From a virus (Duplodnaviria; Caudoviricetes), in the IMG/VR virus record IMGVR_UViG_3300050821_001527, positions 64,001 through 128,000 of that record: DNA of 64,000 bases. One strand, given 5' to 3'. Of the stretch, positions 1 to 11,071 are shown in pieces. Numbering within the stretch: position 1 is the first letter of the stretch; the number at the start of each line of letters is the position of its first letter. The position numbers and the translations under genes were made by a program. Under the pieces are notes generated by a model. The model ran no database searches, was not told where the DNA came from, and saw only the letters and a program-made list of their open reading frames with translations.

Positions 1-80
1 TTTTAGCCAGTTCCGGGGTTGATTATGACGTAGAAGACGGGGAAATCCTTGTCTTTAACGATAACTCTCTAGTAGAAACG

Positions 81-608
81 TTGACCGTGAGCTACTCCGT
101 GAACCCTGCGATTTCCATGTATTACACCGGACAATTTCCTGTAGATGGTGGTGGGGGTATTTGGGTATCGGCCTCGGGTGTATTGGTCGAAAATCAAGAC
201 GTTTACCTGAATGGCCAGAAGCTTGTCAGAGGCATTGATTTCGAGCATGGGGTGTCTGGGACTTTGTTTAATTCGGGCGTTTTGGAAACTGGATGTGAGA
301 TTGTTTTCATAGCTATGGATGACATACCAATTCAACAAGTGGCGCAATACAACTCCACGTCTTATTTGGTGACTGGCATTTGGGGATTTTCAGAACAGAT
401 ATGGCTTAATGGAGTTTTGCAGACACGCGGGGAGGACTATTATTTGGTTCAACCCTGCACCCCTCCTGAATACTTTTTCTCAGCGAATAACACTCAGCTA
501 GTCTATAATAATGACGGCTACTATCTGAATTTTGTTGACTTTCCGTTTTTGACGGATATTAACGGGGACATCATTTATGATGGCGACGGTTTCCCGATTA
601 CGGTTTAA
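81..608 (+). CDS. Virion structural protein, C-terminal part (ORF probably begins upstream of the window)
   Basis: Repeated YLNGQ/WLNG-x-L-x-RG-x-D motif typical of phage structural beta-repeat proteins; co-oriented with the downstream large ORFs. Confidence 0.55.
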   Translation: MTVSYSVNPAISMYYTGQFPVDGGGGIWVSASGVLVENQDVYLNGQKLVRGIDFEHGVSGTLFNSGVLETGCEIVFIAMDDIPIQQVAQYNSTSYLVTGIWGFSEQIWLNGVLQTRGEDYYLVQPCTPPEYFFSANNTQLVYNNDGYYLNFVDFPFLTDINGDIIYDGDGFPITV

Positions 609-611
609 TTT

Positions 612-3600
612 ATGGCGTTCCAAGCACTCAAAGGCGTAAGCATAATCCCCAAAGGGGCGAACAACAGGTATGTCAGTCAGAACTGGCAGACCTCGCAGGC
701 TTTTGGCGGCTGGATTTTCAAGGCTGATTGCAAAATAGGATTCAGCGATAAGCCTACAGAAATCTCCATGCAGATAGTATTGGAGACGAATTCGGACTTG
801 AGCAACCTTGTTCCGCAGGTTTTCGATATTTCCCCGAACGATTTGCAATGCGGGGCCGGGGCCGGTGGAACCGAACAGGAAAGTCTTTACGATATTGACT
901 TCAATGGAGTGCTTCTGAGCGACTTTGTTTTGTTCAGTTACGACATGGATATTCAACCAAACCAGAAGACCCTTTCCGTAGTCTTCAAGGACTACTCCAT
1001 CGTTCTGGACAAAATCTATGTCGGGCTTATCAAGCGTCAAGGAACTGAATTCATAAAGTCGGCGCAGGCGTCCGGCATTATCCCGGTCGTATGTCCTGAC
1101 TGTGAATTCGGCTCATGGACAGGCGATGGGGCGGTGGTCAGGGATATTGATTACGGCTCTTACGTGGGCATTGGAGGAAAGACCTACGACAACTTGGCCG
1201 GAACCCCAATCACCAATGCTCTCTCGGCTTGGCAATATCTTTACGAACTTCCGACGCAGCAACCGACTTTCGACCTGAACGGTGGTTATATCATCTTGGG
1301 AATGGAGCAGATGTATTCGGATGTTTGTTCCACTGTGCCCGAAATGAAATACACGTTCCACCAACTCCTTGCTTCCTTGAGAGTTAGGGGTCTGAATTTT
1401 GACGGAGCCTTTACAGGATTCCTGCTGACGGGAACGCCATACATGCAGAATTATGTTGGCACTTTGAGGGAAGTGCTTAATAACTGGTGTTCGGATTTCG
1501 GATTACAGTTCTATACCACGGGCAGAACTTTCATCGGACTCAACATGGTCAACCAGATTGACATTGAGAGAATCATGTCAATCGCAGACCCGAAGACGAC
1601 CTTGGGTGCGGAGTTTGACGGGTCTTCTCAAGTGGCCTTGAGCAACTACCGCGAATCCCACACGCTCGAAAATACTTTCAAGCAGTCCGTTATCACGGCT
1701 GACGTTCGCCCGCGTCAAATCAACAATGAATCTAGGGATGTAAAGAACTTCGTCTCGTTCCAGCCTTTGCATCCTTTGGACTTCTACAGCCCTGACTTCT
1801 CCCCTTTGTTTGCGGAAGTATTGCAGAATCATCTGTCAACAGTCAGGCACAGGACAACCGGCGTCCAGTTTGCAAACGATTTCATGGCGACGAAAAAGAG
1901 ATTCTCGTCGTTCACAAACAGATACTTCAAGGATATTGACATCTCGATTGCCTTGACGAAATATGACCCTGATATGAGGGACATCTACTGCGCGAACAGG
2001 GCCATCCAAGCCAACATTGATGAAGGCGGTGTTTTCGACCCGAACACGACCAGTAACGACAATGTTTCGGATTTCTACGCGAACTTTGCAGCCCTTGGTT
2101 TCATTCCTCAGATTCAGATTACCAACGTTACAGCCAAGGAAGCGGCTATCAGAAAGTTACTGGGAGGAAATCTCAGCCAGAATATTTCCCTCAACCCGGA
2201 CTTCTACGAGGTCTTCGTGGGATATTATCAGCCTTACTTGAAGCAGGAAGTCACGTCCTTTGAAGGAACATGGGCCGGGGCGATGTATAAATACGGGGTA
2301 TTGAACATTGGAACTACTGACGTTCCCCCGTTCGTCCACAAAGACTTTAACCAATGGGACACTCCGACAGGGGGGCTATACGGTGTTTCTGGCGATTATC
2401 TAACTAAATTGGTAAACACGTTCACGCCAGCAGCGAATTTCTACCCGATTTATCAAGACGCTCCATATTACGATTTGATGCCGTATCACATCCTCGGTTT
2501 CAATCCTAACGCTTACACGGGCGCGTCACTTGGAAATATCGGGTTCGACTCCAACCAATACTATGTTGGTTCTCTAAGTAACGAATGGGGAACGCTGGAC
2601 TTCCAATACAAACAGGAGCTATACGATGCCCTTTCCCCTGTCTGCGAACAGATGTTCAGCGTGTCTGATAACCTTCAGAAAATCCAGAGGGAACTTCCGC
2701 AAAGCATCCAGCACTTCAATATCAAAGACTTCATGCCAACGTTCCATCCGAACATCGGTGAAGTTTACAACGACTTGAAGGCGGAATTGGACAACCTTTC
2801 CACAACGGCGACAGATGCCATTGGTATCTTGGCTGTCGGAACTGACAGTCGAATCCATCAGGAGTGTGCCAAGTTGCACGTTTGCATCGTTCCTAACATC
2901 GAGACACACCCGAATGCCAGAATCTCGTTCAATATGAACGACTACTATGATTCGTATAATGCAATCATGGCCCGTAATTTGTTCCTGCAATACGAAACCC
3001 AGCGTCTTGAATTGTTAAAGCAGGTTCCACCGAACATCTGTAAATATTCCCCTGTGTCCGTGGTCTGCAATACCGGGCTTCTGCTTAGTGGCGAGGCTCA
3101 TTCAGGGGACTCGAAATTCTCCTGCACGAACATTGATGACCCTATTTCTATTCTGTGGGCGGGATGGCCGTCGGGATTCGCGTCGGGAAACAACGCTCGT
3201 TCCCTGTCCATTACCGTGGAGAGAAACCCGGTAACGAGCATGGAGCAGAAGGGACTGGACGGAGAATATTACTATGACGAGGCTTTGCAGGCAGTCCCAT
3301 CGTTGATTCACAGAATCGCCTCCACCAAAATCATCTACCCAATCTCAAACAAGCCGAACGACCTGTTCGAGTATATCGGGCTAATGAGTTCTACCATCAG
3401 CAGAGAATTGAGAACTCCACCGTTCATGGAAATCTACGGTTCTCCGGTAAGTGAGACGGGGAACAACACTTCAATGGTAAAGACCATCAATAACACCATT
3501 GACCCGGACGTAAAGCCAATCCTAGACCCGAATACCATGCGTTTCAAAAACTACGCCACGGTTTACTCTGGGAATGCCAATGGAACTGTTTTGCAGACGA

Positions 3601-3869
3601 TACAGGACTATCACAATTTCATTTCCGAATTGAACTCCTATCAATCTAATTTCCCAATGAAGTCTGCGACATTCAATGTCGTTGGCTCGCCGAACCTGTT
3701 CGGAGACTTTATCAATTCGGTCACACCGTCCAGTGGGCTTACGAGCTTCACTGTGTCAATCGGGGACAATGGAGTAGAGACAAGTCTTTCGTTCTCCAAT
3801 AAGCCGCCGACGCTACCTAAGCAGGAGGCCATCCTCAACAGTATCGGCCCAAGACTCAAGCCTTTGTAA
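612..3869 (+). CDS. Large virion (tail/baseplate-type) protein, 1085 aa
   Basis: Long ORF abutting its neighbours in a structural operon; no enzyme motif recognised. Confidence 0.55.
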   Translation: MAFQALKGVSIIPKGANNRYVSQNWQTSQAFGGWIFKADCKIGFSDKPTEISMQIVLETNSDLSNLVPQVFDISPNDLQCGAGAGGTEQESLYDIDFNGVLLSDFVLFSYDMDIQPNQKTLSVVFKDYSIVLDKIYVGLIKRQGTEFIKSAQASGIIPVVCPDCEFGSWTGDGAVVRDIDYGSYVGIGGKTYDNLAGTPITNALSAWQYLYELPTQQPTFDLNGGYIILGMEQMYSDVCSTVPEMKYTFHQLLASLRVRGLNFDGAFTGFLLTGTPYMQNYVGTLREVLNNWCSDFGLQFYTTGRTFIGLNMVNQIDIERIMSIADPKTTLGAEFDGSSQVALSNYRESHTLENTFKQSVITADVRPRQINNESRDVKNFVSFQPLHPLDFYSPDFSPLFAEVLQNHLSTVRHRTTGVQFANDFMATKKRFSSFTNRYFKDIDISIALTKYDPDMRDIYCANRAIQANIDEGGVFDPNTTSNDNVSDFYANFAALGFIPQIQITNVTAKEAAIRKLLGGNLSQNISLNPDFYEVFVGYYQPYLKQEVTSFEGTWAGAMYKYGVLNIGTTDVPPFVHKDFNQWDTPTGGLYGVSGDYLTKLVNTFTPAANFYPIYQDAPYYDLMPYHILGFNPNAYTGASLGNIGFDSNQYYVGSLSNEWGTLDFQYKQELYDALSPVCEQMFSVSDNLQKIQRELPQSIQHFNIKDFMPTFHPNIGEVYNDLKAELDNLSTTATDAIGILAVGTDSRIHQECAKLHVCIVPNIETHPNARISFNMNDYYDSYNAIMARNLFLQYETQRLELLKQVPPNICKYSPVSVVCNTGLLLSGEAHSGDSKFSCTNIDDPISILWAGWPSGFASGNNARSLSITVERNPVTSMEQKGLDGEYYYDEALQAVPSLIHRIASTKIIYPISNKPNDLFEYIGLMSSTISRELRTPPFMEIYGSPVSETGNNTSMVKTINNTIDPDVKPILDPNTMRFKNYATVYSGNANGTVLQTIQDYHNFISELNSYQSNFPMKSATFNVVGSPNLFGDFINSVTPSSGLTSFTVSIGDNGVETSLSFSNKPPTLPKQEAILNSIGPRLKPL

Positions 3870-3870
3870 C

Positions 3871-5709
3871 ATGTATCTAACAGGCAACATCAAAAAGGTT
3901 TTTCCACTGACCAAGAGCTTCGCTTTTGAGTTGGATAATCTTTTTCTGTTCGGAACAGGCACGGCCCAGATAGGGTTCTCTGGATACGGAAGCCCAAGCG
4001 GGCAGGACGGAACGTTCTACCTTACGCTGACCAATGACAAGCTTTACGATAACAGCGGCATGTTCGTTTGGGGATACGACAAGCCATTCAATCTGCGCGG
4101 AGAGGTCGTCAGCGGACAATCCCAGCTTTTCATCAATGGCGAACCTTTGAGAATAGAGTCCTGCTCGCCAAACTGGTTCAACATACTAAGTGTCACGTTG
4201 GACGGGGCATCCGGGGTCAACGCAGACGTTTACTTATACACGCCCGCAATCCCAATTTCGATTTCAGTTAGCCCGACATATCTGCCGGGTGGAGAACTGA
4301 CCGTAGATGTAACCAACAACTCGGACATGGATGTTCTTGTTTTTGGATATGACATCCAATTTACCGACAATACATTCTTCCTTCCGCCTCCGCTATCTGG
4401 TATAATTTCAGGTATGGTGTTCGCAAGTGGAACGTCTCACTTTAATCTGTTCGATACGTCAAATACCCAAGACGACAAGACTTACCAGTTCGATTTGTTC
4501 TTGAACACAAGCTTAGGTCAGGTGGCTCAGACGTTTTTCACTTCTTCTGTATCTGGATTCAATTACATAGTTCCATCGCTATCCAAATTAAGTCCAGACC
4601 CTAGCATCCCTACGCTGTTTTACGATGTAACTGGATTAAACACTTTGACGTTCGAGAGTAATCCGGCGCAGGGATTCTTAGCAGCTAGAGTATCGAAGTT
4701 CAATGTTTTTACTCAAACTGACGGAACGGGCGTAGTTCATGTTGACTTTTCTCCGGGTTTGCCAGCTACCAACATTTTCTACACACATGAGTATGTGACG
4801 GGGTTTGAAGTTACTGTGACTGGATTCTATGATTCGTGCCCAAACGCTGAATTCACCCAATACTATTCGGTTAGAAATTTTGATTTCGGGCTTAACATTT
4901 TCACGACTGGGTGCCCGGTGGCCATTCCTCTGCTCTTTTCTGGAATCAATGGCATCGGAAGCGGAGCATCGGGTTGGTTGTATTTGAATCCACAACCCGT
5001 GGTTGACCAAGTTGTCTATGGCTCCATCATCAGTCCGGCGTATTTTTACATTGCAACTGGATTTGAAATCTTGGATAAGGGTTCTGGATATGTGGAACCA
5101 CCTTTTGCTTATTTAGGAACAGGAGGGGGCTGCTCAGACTACACGCTGGACAGCGGGGTCAGATTCCCGTTTAGTGCATTTGCCGGTTTACCGGTCATGG
5201 GATTGGACGCGGGATACCTTACTGGATTCCCAATTTGCGGAGCAACGGGAAGTGGTTATTATTTGCAGGGGTTGATTTTCACGAATCCGGGTTCCGGTTA
5301 TTCGTCGGCCTTTTACCCAAAGGTTTCATTCGTAAGACAATCAGGAGACATGCAGGTTGGTGATGCTTCTGGGGTCATAGTATTAAATTCTACTCACAAT
5401 CATTACGTGTTCAATGACGTGTGGCAACTGTCTAGTGGGCTGAATGCAGAATCATTAAGCCCAGTTACGGGTAGTGTAATACCTTATAGTGGCGAGACTC
5501 CTTTGTATTTCGGACTGACTGTGAATCCGATACCTTATACTGGAATAATGACGGCGATTGTGACTTTGACGGCAGATGGCTCATCAATTTCATTCACCGC
5601 CAGTGGATACAAGGCATACTCCACAAACCCGAAAATCTTGATGACAGACCTGAATTATTTCTCAGACTCTTCATCAGTATTAAATTTCCTGAACCAAGGA
5701 TTGACATAA
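3871..5709 (+). CDS. Virion structural protein, 612 aa, S/T-G rich
   Basis: Beta-rich, Gly/Ser/Thr-rich; repeated GSGY motif; starts 1 nt after the previous stop. Confidence 0.55.
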   Translation: MYLTGNIKKVFPLTKSFAFELDNLFLFGTGTAQIGFSGYGSPSGQDGTFYLTLTNDKLYDNSGMFVWGYDKPFNLRGEVVSGQSQLFINGEPLRIESCSPNWFNILSVTLDGASGVNADVYLYTPAIPISISVSPTYLPGGELTVDVTNNSDMDVLVFGYDIQFTDNTFFLPPPLSGIISGMVFASGTSHFNLFDTSNTQDDKTYQFDLFLNTSLGQVAQTFFTSSVSGFNYIVPSLSKLSPDPSIPTLFYDVTGLNTLTFESNPAQGFLAARVSKFNVFTQTDGTGVVHVDFSPGLPATNIFYTHEYVTGFEVTVTGFYDSCPNAEFTQYYSVRNFDFGLNIFTTGCPVAIPLLFSGINGIGSGASGWLYLNPQPVVDQVVYGSIISPAYFYIATGFEILDKGSGYVEPPFAYLGTGGGCSDYTLDSGVRFPFSAFAGLPVMGLDAGYLTGFPICGATGSGYYLQGLIFTNPGSGYSSAFYPKVSFVRQSGDMQVGDASGVIVLNSTHNHYVFNDVWQLSSGLNAESLSPVTGSVIPYSGETPLYFGLTVNPIPYTGIMTAIVTLTADGSSISFTASGYKAYSTNPKILMTDLNYFSDSSSVLNFLNQGLT

Positions 5710-5710
5710 G

Positions 5711-6622
5711 ATGGACATAAAAGTTGAAAAGGCATATTCCGCATCGCCGCTATTGAACGGGGTCAATAGCAATACTCCCCCATGTAAAGCCTATGTCATC
5801 GGAAATGTCGGTGACCCCGGACTGACGAGCGACTACTATGTGGACATTCTTAGCAGATTTGTTCTGGCCATTAAGGAACCTAGAAAACGCCCGATGGTTA
5901 CTGCCGGTTCGGATGGGGCGGGCATATTCCTGCAAGACAACCTGATTCTGGTGGCTAGACCTCAACAACTATGGATTAGCTGCCCCTCTGGAATGAACGT
6001 CGGCGTAACGCAACCGAGTCAATTAACAAGGGTTGACGCACAAGGGAATGTAAACGTGGGAAGTTACGTGGCTTTTTCAACGAACGAAATCACTCCAATC
6101 AACGCCCCTTACAAAGTGGGGGAGGTAATCACTGTCCAGAAAATGAGGGATTATCTGACTGCTGATACGCAGTTTTTCCAGTCTTGGTTCTCCACCAATG
6201 GAATCAATACCCCGTATCTTGGCAGCAACGCGGCAATGCTTGGGCAAACCCTACCGGCGTCACTTGATGATTCAGGAAAGATTGTGGGCGGGGGCAAGGC
6301 CAATGGAACCGTGGGACAGTTCGACCCTGCAAAAAATTACTTTTATATCAACCTGCCAAAAGCAGACTACGAGAATTTCATCAACTCGTATTTCTTGGGC
6401 AGGGGGTATCAGCCGGGAGCGAATATCCCGCCGAACACGGAATACGTTTTCGGTTCAAGGGACTCCATCACGTTCAAGTGTTCCTCTTACGTGGACTTGA
6501 ATGTGGGTGGTAAGGAAAGAGTCGCCGGTGGGTCTTGCTTGCCGACGATAGTAGCCACGCCCGACTCGTTTCTGACTCCAATGGAGAGGCAGACAACCTA
6601 CTTCTACTACACGCAGATTTAA
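5711..6622 (+). CDS. Hypothetical, probably virion-associated protein, 303 aa
   Basis: Last ORF of the + strand operon, converging on 6619..7362. Confidence 0.5.
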   Translation: MDIKVEKAYSASPLLNGVNSNTPPCKAYVIGNVGDPGLTSDYYVDILSRFVLAIKEPRKRPMVTAGSDGAGIFLQDNLILVARPQQLWISCPSGMNVGVTQPSQLTRVDAQGNVNVGSYVAFSTNEITPINAPYKVGEVITVQKMRDYLTADTQFFQSWFSTNGINTPYLGSNAAMLGQTLPASLDDSGKIVGGGKANGTVGQFDPAKNYFYINLPKADYENFINSYFLGRGYQPGANIPPNTEYVFGSRDSITFKCSSYVDLNVGGKERVAGGSCLPTIVATPDSFLTPMERQTTYFYYTQI

Positions 6623-7362
6623 GCCGGTTCGGGCTTCTCTTTGTTGGAGACGGCCTTTTTGATGCGCTCGATAAGCTCGAATTTCTTGAAGTTCGGAATA
6701 TCCTCGACACGCGTGAATAGCTCGGCTCCGGGGAATTGCTCTTTGACGAGAGTGCTTTTGACCTTCTCGAAGGATACGTTGTGTGCGGCCATGACCGCCA
6801 AAAGGGTAGCAGATGTTTGGTCGGTTTCAGGAGCGTCCTGCGTAGGGCCAGCAGTCCCGCCCAATTCGTCTTGACCAACGATGTTGACCTTGAGGAAGTT
6901 GCGGACGGCACGAACGAAGGCACGATTTTCCGCACAGGCTCCAAGGAAGTTCTTGCCGAAATTAGTAGTGTTGAATGGAGTGGCATCACCAATCGCGCTA
7001 AAAGTGACTGGTCGGTTTTCCGTTTCGTAGTTTGGAAGCCAGCTAATAGCGCAGGAAGAAATAATGCAATCTGCGGCGGGGGATTGAACTGTATGTCTAA
7101 CCTCACTGTAGCCGCGAAGCGCAGCCAAATCCTTGATTCCCCCAAGGAGAATAATCAAGTCCCTGTCTTCCAATCCTTCAATGGATTCTGGAATCTGCTT
7201 GCCGCGACGTTCAAAAGCCTGTTTGTTTGGGACGAGGAATTCGGGTTTGACCATCTTGCGCCAGTTGACCGAACCGTCTTCGTTAAAGACGTATGATATG
7301 GATTCGTCATCAATCAGACCAAACTCGTTTCGCTTGAACAGTTTCGGAGGCGTATTGCTCAT
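6619..7362 (-). CDS. Putative Rad52/Sak-like single-strand annealing protein
   Basis: AIGDA...AENRAFVRAVRNFL resembles the A-E-T-R-A-x-x-R-A helix of Rad52/Sak-type SSAPs; has its own sigma70-like promoter. Confidence 0.4.
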   Translation of the reverse strand: MSNTPPKLFKRNEFGLIDDESISYVFNEDGSVNWRKMVKPEFLVPNKQAFERRGKQIPESIEGLEDRDLIILLGGIKDLAALRGYSEVRHTVQSPAADCIISSCAISWLPNYETENRPVTFSAIGDATPFNTTNFGKNFLGACAENRAFVRAVRNFLKVNIVGQDELGGTAGPTQDAPETDQTSATLLAVMAAHNVSFEKVKSTLVKEQFPGAELFTRVEDIPNFKKFELIERIKKAVSNKEKPEPA

Positions 7363-7368
7363 GGTATA

Positions 7369-7397
7369 AGATTACGGTATGTTTCGGGTTTTGTCAA
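7369..7397 (-). promoter_or_regulatory. Sigma70-like promoter, 6 nt upstream of the ATG (leaderless)
   Basis: TTGACA-N17-TAATCT-N6-ATG on the minus strand. Confidence 0.75.
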
Positions 7398-8562
7398 GCA
7401 TTTCCACAAACATGCAGTTTTCGGCTTCATCGTTCCAGAAGTCCGGGGAGTCAATGACGGGCTGGAAACCCTCAGTTTTGACGACTCCTGCGATTTGGGA
7501 GGCTCGGGAGGCATAAACCTTGCCCTCGCTGTGGACGTTGCGGCAGGATTTAAAATGCAAATTATTGATTTTTTTTAGCTTTTCCAGCAACTCGGGCTTG
7601 ATTTTAGGAATCACGTTGATGTTGGCGTGTTCGTAATAGTCAATCTTTTTGCGCTCGATTTGCTCGGATGGCAAATTACACAGAAGGGCACAGCGAATCC
7701 CAAGTTCGGCCACTTCCCTGACGAAAGCGGGTTCGTCGTTTTCGCGGATAAAGTAGAACATGCCCTCAATCGCGGCCTTGTTTGCGGCGAGGATTTGGAG
7801 ATTGATTCTCCTGTCTGTGAAGATGCGGCAGCGATTCACGCGTAGCTGACGGGCAAGGATTTCTTCGTCGAACAGATAATCCATGCGGACATCCAAAACC
7901 GCCTTCTTGTCATGGACATTGACCACTTGATTAGGCACGAAGTCATTGATTTGAATACGGCCATAACCATCCCCAATGTGGATTGTGCGGAACGCAGGCG
8001 CGTAAGCGATGCCGAGAAGCTTCAAAATGGCTTCGACTATTTCTTCTGGAAAAATAGTGTTGATGGTCTTTGGGTTTTCGTCGGAGGCATACGAAGGCTT
8101 TTGACCAAGACGTTCATAGCATTTGAATACGATGTGCTGGCTCTTGTCGCCGAAATAAGGGCCAGCGTTCTCTGGCTGGATGATGTTGTAGAGGGCAACG
8201 ATGGGGATGTTGAACGCGGAGGCAAGGTGAATGGCGAAACTATCGCATCCAAAATGGAGCGCGGAACGTTTCACGATATAAGCCAACTGGTTGACTGTGG
8301 TTCTTCCGCGATAGTCAATCGCCCCCGCGATTGCTGGGTCGTTAGGGCCACCCGTTTGGACAATCTTGATGTTCTCCTTCGCAAGAATGGGCAGGAGAAG
8401 GCCGATTACGTCCTGCCAGTAATCGTAGTTCTTGGAGTTGAACTTGGTGTTCGTGTGGAAAGAAATGTATTTTCCTTCCGGCAACGGAGTGAAAGACTCG
8501 TAGATAAACGGCTCGTCAATCTTGGCTCCGCAAGCTAGGGCGTATGTTTCAATCAGGTGCAT
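7372..8562 (-). CDS. GT9 (heptosyltransferase-like) glycosyltransferase with C-terminal extension
   Basis: K-x-Y-x-Y-W...VQTGG...DYRGRTTVNQLAYIVKRSALHFGCDSFAIHLASAF is a GT9 signature. Confidence 0.8.
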   Translation of the reverse strand: MHLIETYALACGAKIDEPFIYESFTPLPEGKYISFHTNTKFNSKNYDYWQDVIGLLLPILAKENIKIVQTGGPNDPAIAGAIDYRGRTTVNQLAYIVKRSALHFGCDSFAIHLASAFNIPIVALYNIIQPENAGPYFGDKSQHIVFKCYERLGQKPSYASDENPKTINTIFPEEIVEAILKLLGIAYAPAFRTIHIGDGYGRIQINDFVPNQVVNVHDKKAVLDVRMDYLFDEEILARQLRVNRCRIFTDRRINLQILAANKAAIEGMFYFIRENDEPAFVREVAELGIRCALLCNLPSEQIERKKIDYYEHANINVIPKIKPELLEKLKKINNLHFKSCRNVHSEGKVYASRASQIAGVVKTEGFQPVIDSPDFWNDEAENCMFVEMLDKTRNIP

Positions 8563-10478
8563 TAGTGGTAGCTTTCTAAATCAAAATCAAGCTTATCTTC
8601 CCCGTTGTGCTGATAAGTGAAAATTCTCTGCGTGGGGACGTGCGGAAGATAGGCGATATTGAAATATCCCTTGTTAGTTCCATTGCCTTCCAGCCATAAG
8701 AGATTGTCCATGATTGGATTGTATTCAAGCCAGTGGTCAACGTGCGGGTTTCCATCCAGCACCGACCTGTATTCCGGCTTCGTGGCAACGTAAAGGGCAT
8801 AATCCGGGTAACGGCGTTTGATGGACGGGAAGACGCTCGACAGTAGGAACAAGTCCCCCGCGCTTTCGGGCATGACCACAAGGATTCTGCCCTTGTCGTT
8901 TTTATTCAAGAGTTCATTGAAGTCCGTCTTATTTTTCTCCTGTAGTTCCTTGGCGGCGGTTTGACGGAAGAATTGCTCGATGACTTCGCGCTTCTGGCCC
9001 TTGCTCAATTCCCCAATCCAATACTTGACGCCATCGTCCTCCTTGTCAATGTCTTGACGATTCAGGATTTCCTTATACAGACTGATGACCCATTCCGTGT
9101 TGTCTTCGATTGGCTGGATGGAAACGAATGGATTTGGCAGCGACTCCTTTTCAAGATTGGAGAAGTCCGCTGGCGGGCAGTTGTCAATAAATTCCTCGAA
9201 AATGCCGCCTACGGTCTGCGTGGAGAAATTTTTGATAGTCCATTCCCTCGCCTGCTTGCCCATCGCGGTTTTCTTGGAGGCGTCCATCTTCAATACCTTG
9301 CCCAGTTGTTTGGCGATGGAGGCGGGATAAGTAGAAGCCTTGATGAATTCAGTTTGATGCTCGCGGTATTCCGCCCAGTCTAGGGGGATGGAACCTGCGT
9401 CCGGTTCGCACATTTCTTCACCACACGAATAGTTCGTGACGAGAGTAATCAGTTCGGTAAGCTTTGCTTCCTGAATGGGGATTTCCTGACCGCCCGAAGT
9501 GAACGGGTGACAGTAAACATCCATCAGGTTGTAAATCTCGTTCAGGTATTTTTCGGAAACCCCAAGACCCGGCCCGGTTGTGATTTGGGACTTTTCCGTT
9601 TTACAATGCTTGCAGTTCTGGTCGTGACCCGTGAAAGGCTTGACTTCGTATTTCAGGCACGACTTGCAGACGTAGGTGGTAAGAATCTCGTTCTTGTTGA
9701 CCCCGTATTCGGCGGCAAGCTTATGAATGTCCCAACCCTCAGACCAGTTGGTATGCAGGAGCAAGCGCGGATTCTTGACTTCGGGATGCTCCTTCGTGAA
9801 CATCTTATATCCTTCAAGAAGGTTAGGGACGCTCTTTCTTAGCTGATTACGGAACACGAAACCAACGATGAAGGCATCAAGGGGGATGCCGTTTTTCTTT
9901 CGCAGTTCCGTTCTTTGCAGATTCGGAAGCTTGCAGAAATGCGACGTATCAACCGCACCGTGAACTGTCCTGACGTGAGTATGACCCAGCTTGTGCAGGG
10001 CGTTGGTGGCGAAGCTGCTCCAAATCCAGAAATTCTTGATTTTTGGGGCAATTTTAATGTCGCTTGGTCGCAGAGGAAGTGAGTCAAGAGTAGTCCAAAT
10101 GACCGAATTGGTCTTCTTGAACCATTTCTTTTCGACAGCGAAATCAACGCCCCAAATATCTTGCGAGGCAACGTAAACGTCCGGCTTTTCTTCAAGGATT
10201 ACCTTGTCGAGATTCCATGCCCCGTATCCGGCCTGACGAGCGATGTGAGGGTCTTTATTTAACTCCTGAATCTGTCTTGGGTCGTTGGGGAGACAGCCCA
10301 CGCTTTTCCAAGGGGTGCGGGCGAGTTCTGGATGCCCCACTGGGACTCCGATACAATAATGAACCAAGTCATACTTGCCCGTGCGGAACAGGTATTCAAG
10401 TATGGCTCGGATATTGCGTCCGAACCCGGTTTTAGCTAGGCTAAAATCGGTTTGGAAAACGATTTTCTTTTTCTTCAT
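8562..10478 (-). CDS. GT4 glycosyltransferase fused to a C-terminal GT9-like fragment, 638 aa
   Basis: TGFG N-terminus; VFRNQLRKSVP; YNLMDVYCHPFTSGGQEIPIQEA; C-terminal GDLFLLSSVFPSIK...NPHVD. Confidence 0.8.
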   Translation of the reverse strand: MKKKKIVFQTDFSLAKTGFGRNIRAILEYLFRTGKYDLVHYCIGVPVGHPELARTPWKSVGCLPNDPRQIQELNKDPHIARQAGYGAWNLDKVILEEKPDVYVASQDIWGVDFAVEKKWFKKTNSVIWTTLDSLPLRPSDIKIAPKIKNFWIWSSFATNALHKLGHTHVRTVHGAVDTSHFCKLPNLQRTELRKKNGIPLDAFIVGFVFRNQLRKSVPNLLEGYKMFTKEHPEVKNPRLLLHTNWSEGWDIHKLAAEYGVNKNEILTTYVCKSCLKYEVKPFTGHDQNCKHCKTEKSQITTGPGLGVSEKYLNEIYNLMDVYCHPFTSGGQEIPIQEAKLTELITLVTNYSCGEEMCEPDAGSIPLDWAEYREHQTEFIKASTYPASIAKQLGKVLKMDASKKTAMGKQAREWTIKNFSTQTVGGIFEEFIDNCPPADFSNLEKESLPNPFVSIQPIEDNTEWVISLYKEILNRQDIDKEDDGVKYWIGELSKGQKREVIEQFFRQTAAKELQEKNKTDFNELLNKNDKGRILVVMPESAGDLFLLSSVFPSIKRRYPDYALYVATKPEYRSVLDGNPHVDHWLEYNPIMDNLLWLEGNGTNKGYFNIAYLPHVPTQRIFTYQHNGEDKLDFDLESYH

Positions 10479-11026
10479 TACACGTCGAGACTGGTGGCCT
10501 CGATTGTTTGACCGTCGGAAGCGGCGGGCGATTCACTTTTTGGAGATTTTGCAGCGTAATTGGCAACGTCAATTTCGATGGCCTTGCGGATAAACAAGGT
10601 GAGGGCTTCCTTCAAAAGCCTGCCTTCGCCGAAGTTCAGACCGATGACGAAATTGGTTTTCTTCGAGGAGTCCTCCTTCGAGGATTTGACGACTGAGAAA
10701 GAGTGACCAATCTGCACCCCATCCTTCATATACGGCTCGAATTTGATGGACGTGGAAAACTGGGTGACTGCGCCGTCATGGTAGGCCGAGAATGCACGGC
10801 CCGTGTCAATAGAGTCAAGGATTCCCCCGATTTCAGTGTGGGAGAACTTGACCACAGCCTTCTTCGCCGGGTCTTTTGCGTTTTGGGAGAAGGAGCCGGT
10901 GCGGGTCGCAGGGTTCCATGAGTCTTGTTTGAGGATTTCCGCGTAAAAGCGGTTATCTTGGTTGGATAGTTTGAATGAGCAGGCGTGGCCGGTATTTCTT
11001 GGGTTTGGTTTATAGAAGTTTATCAT
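10478..11026 (-). CDS. Putative PC4/Whirly-like ssDNA-binding protein
   Basis: Two beta-beta-beta-alpha repeats (VKFSHTEIG; GLNFGEGRLL) and an acidic low-complexity tail. Confidence 0.35.
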   Translation of the reverse strand: MINFYKPNPRNTGHACSFKLSNQDNRFYAEILKQDSWNPATRTGSFSQNAKDPAKKAVVKFSHTEIGGILDSIDTGRAFSAYHDGAVTQFSTSIKFEPYMKDGVQIGHSFSVVKSSKEDSSKKTNFVIGLNFGEGRLLKEALTLFIRKAIEIDVANYAAKSPKSESPAASDGQTIEATSLDV

Positions 11027-11071
11027 AGCTTATGTGTATTATAGTATAGAAGGTCGAAGGAATCTAAAAAA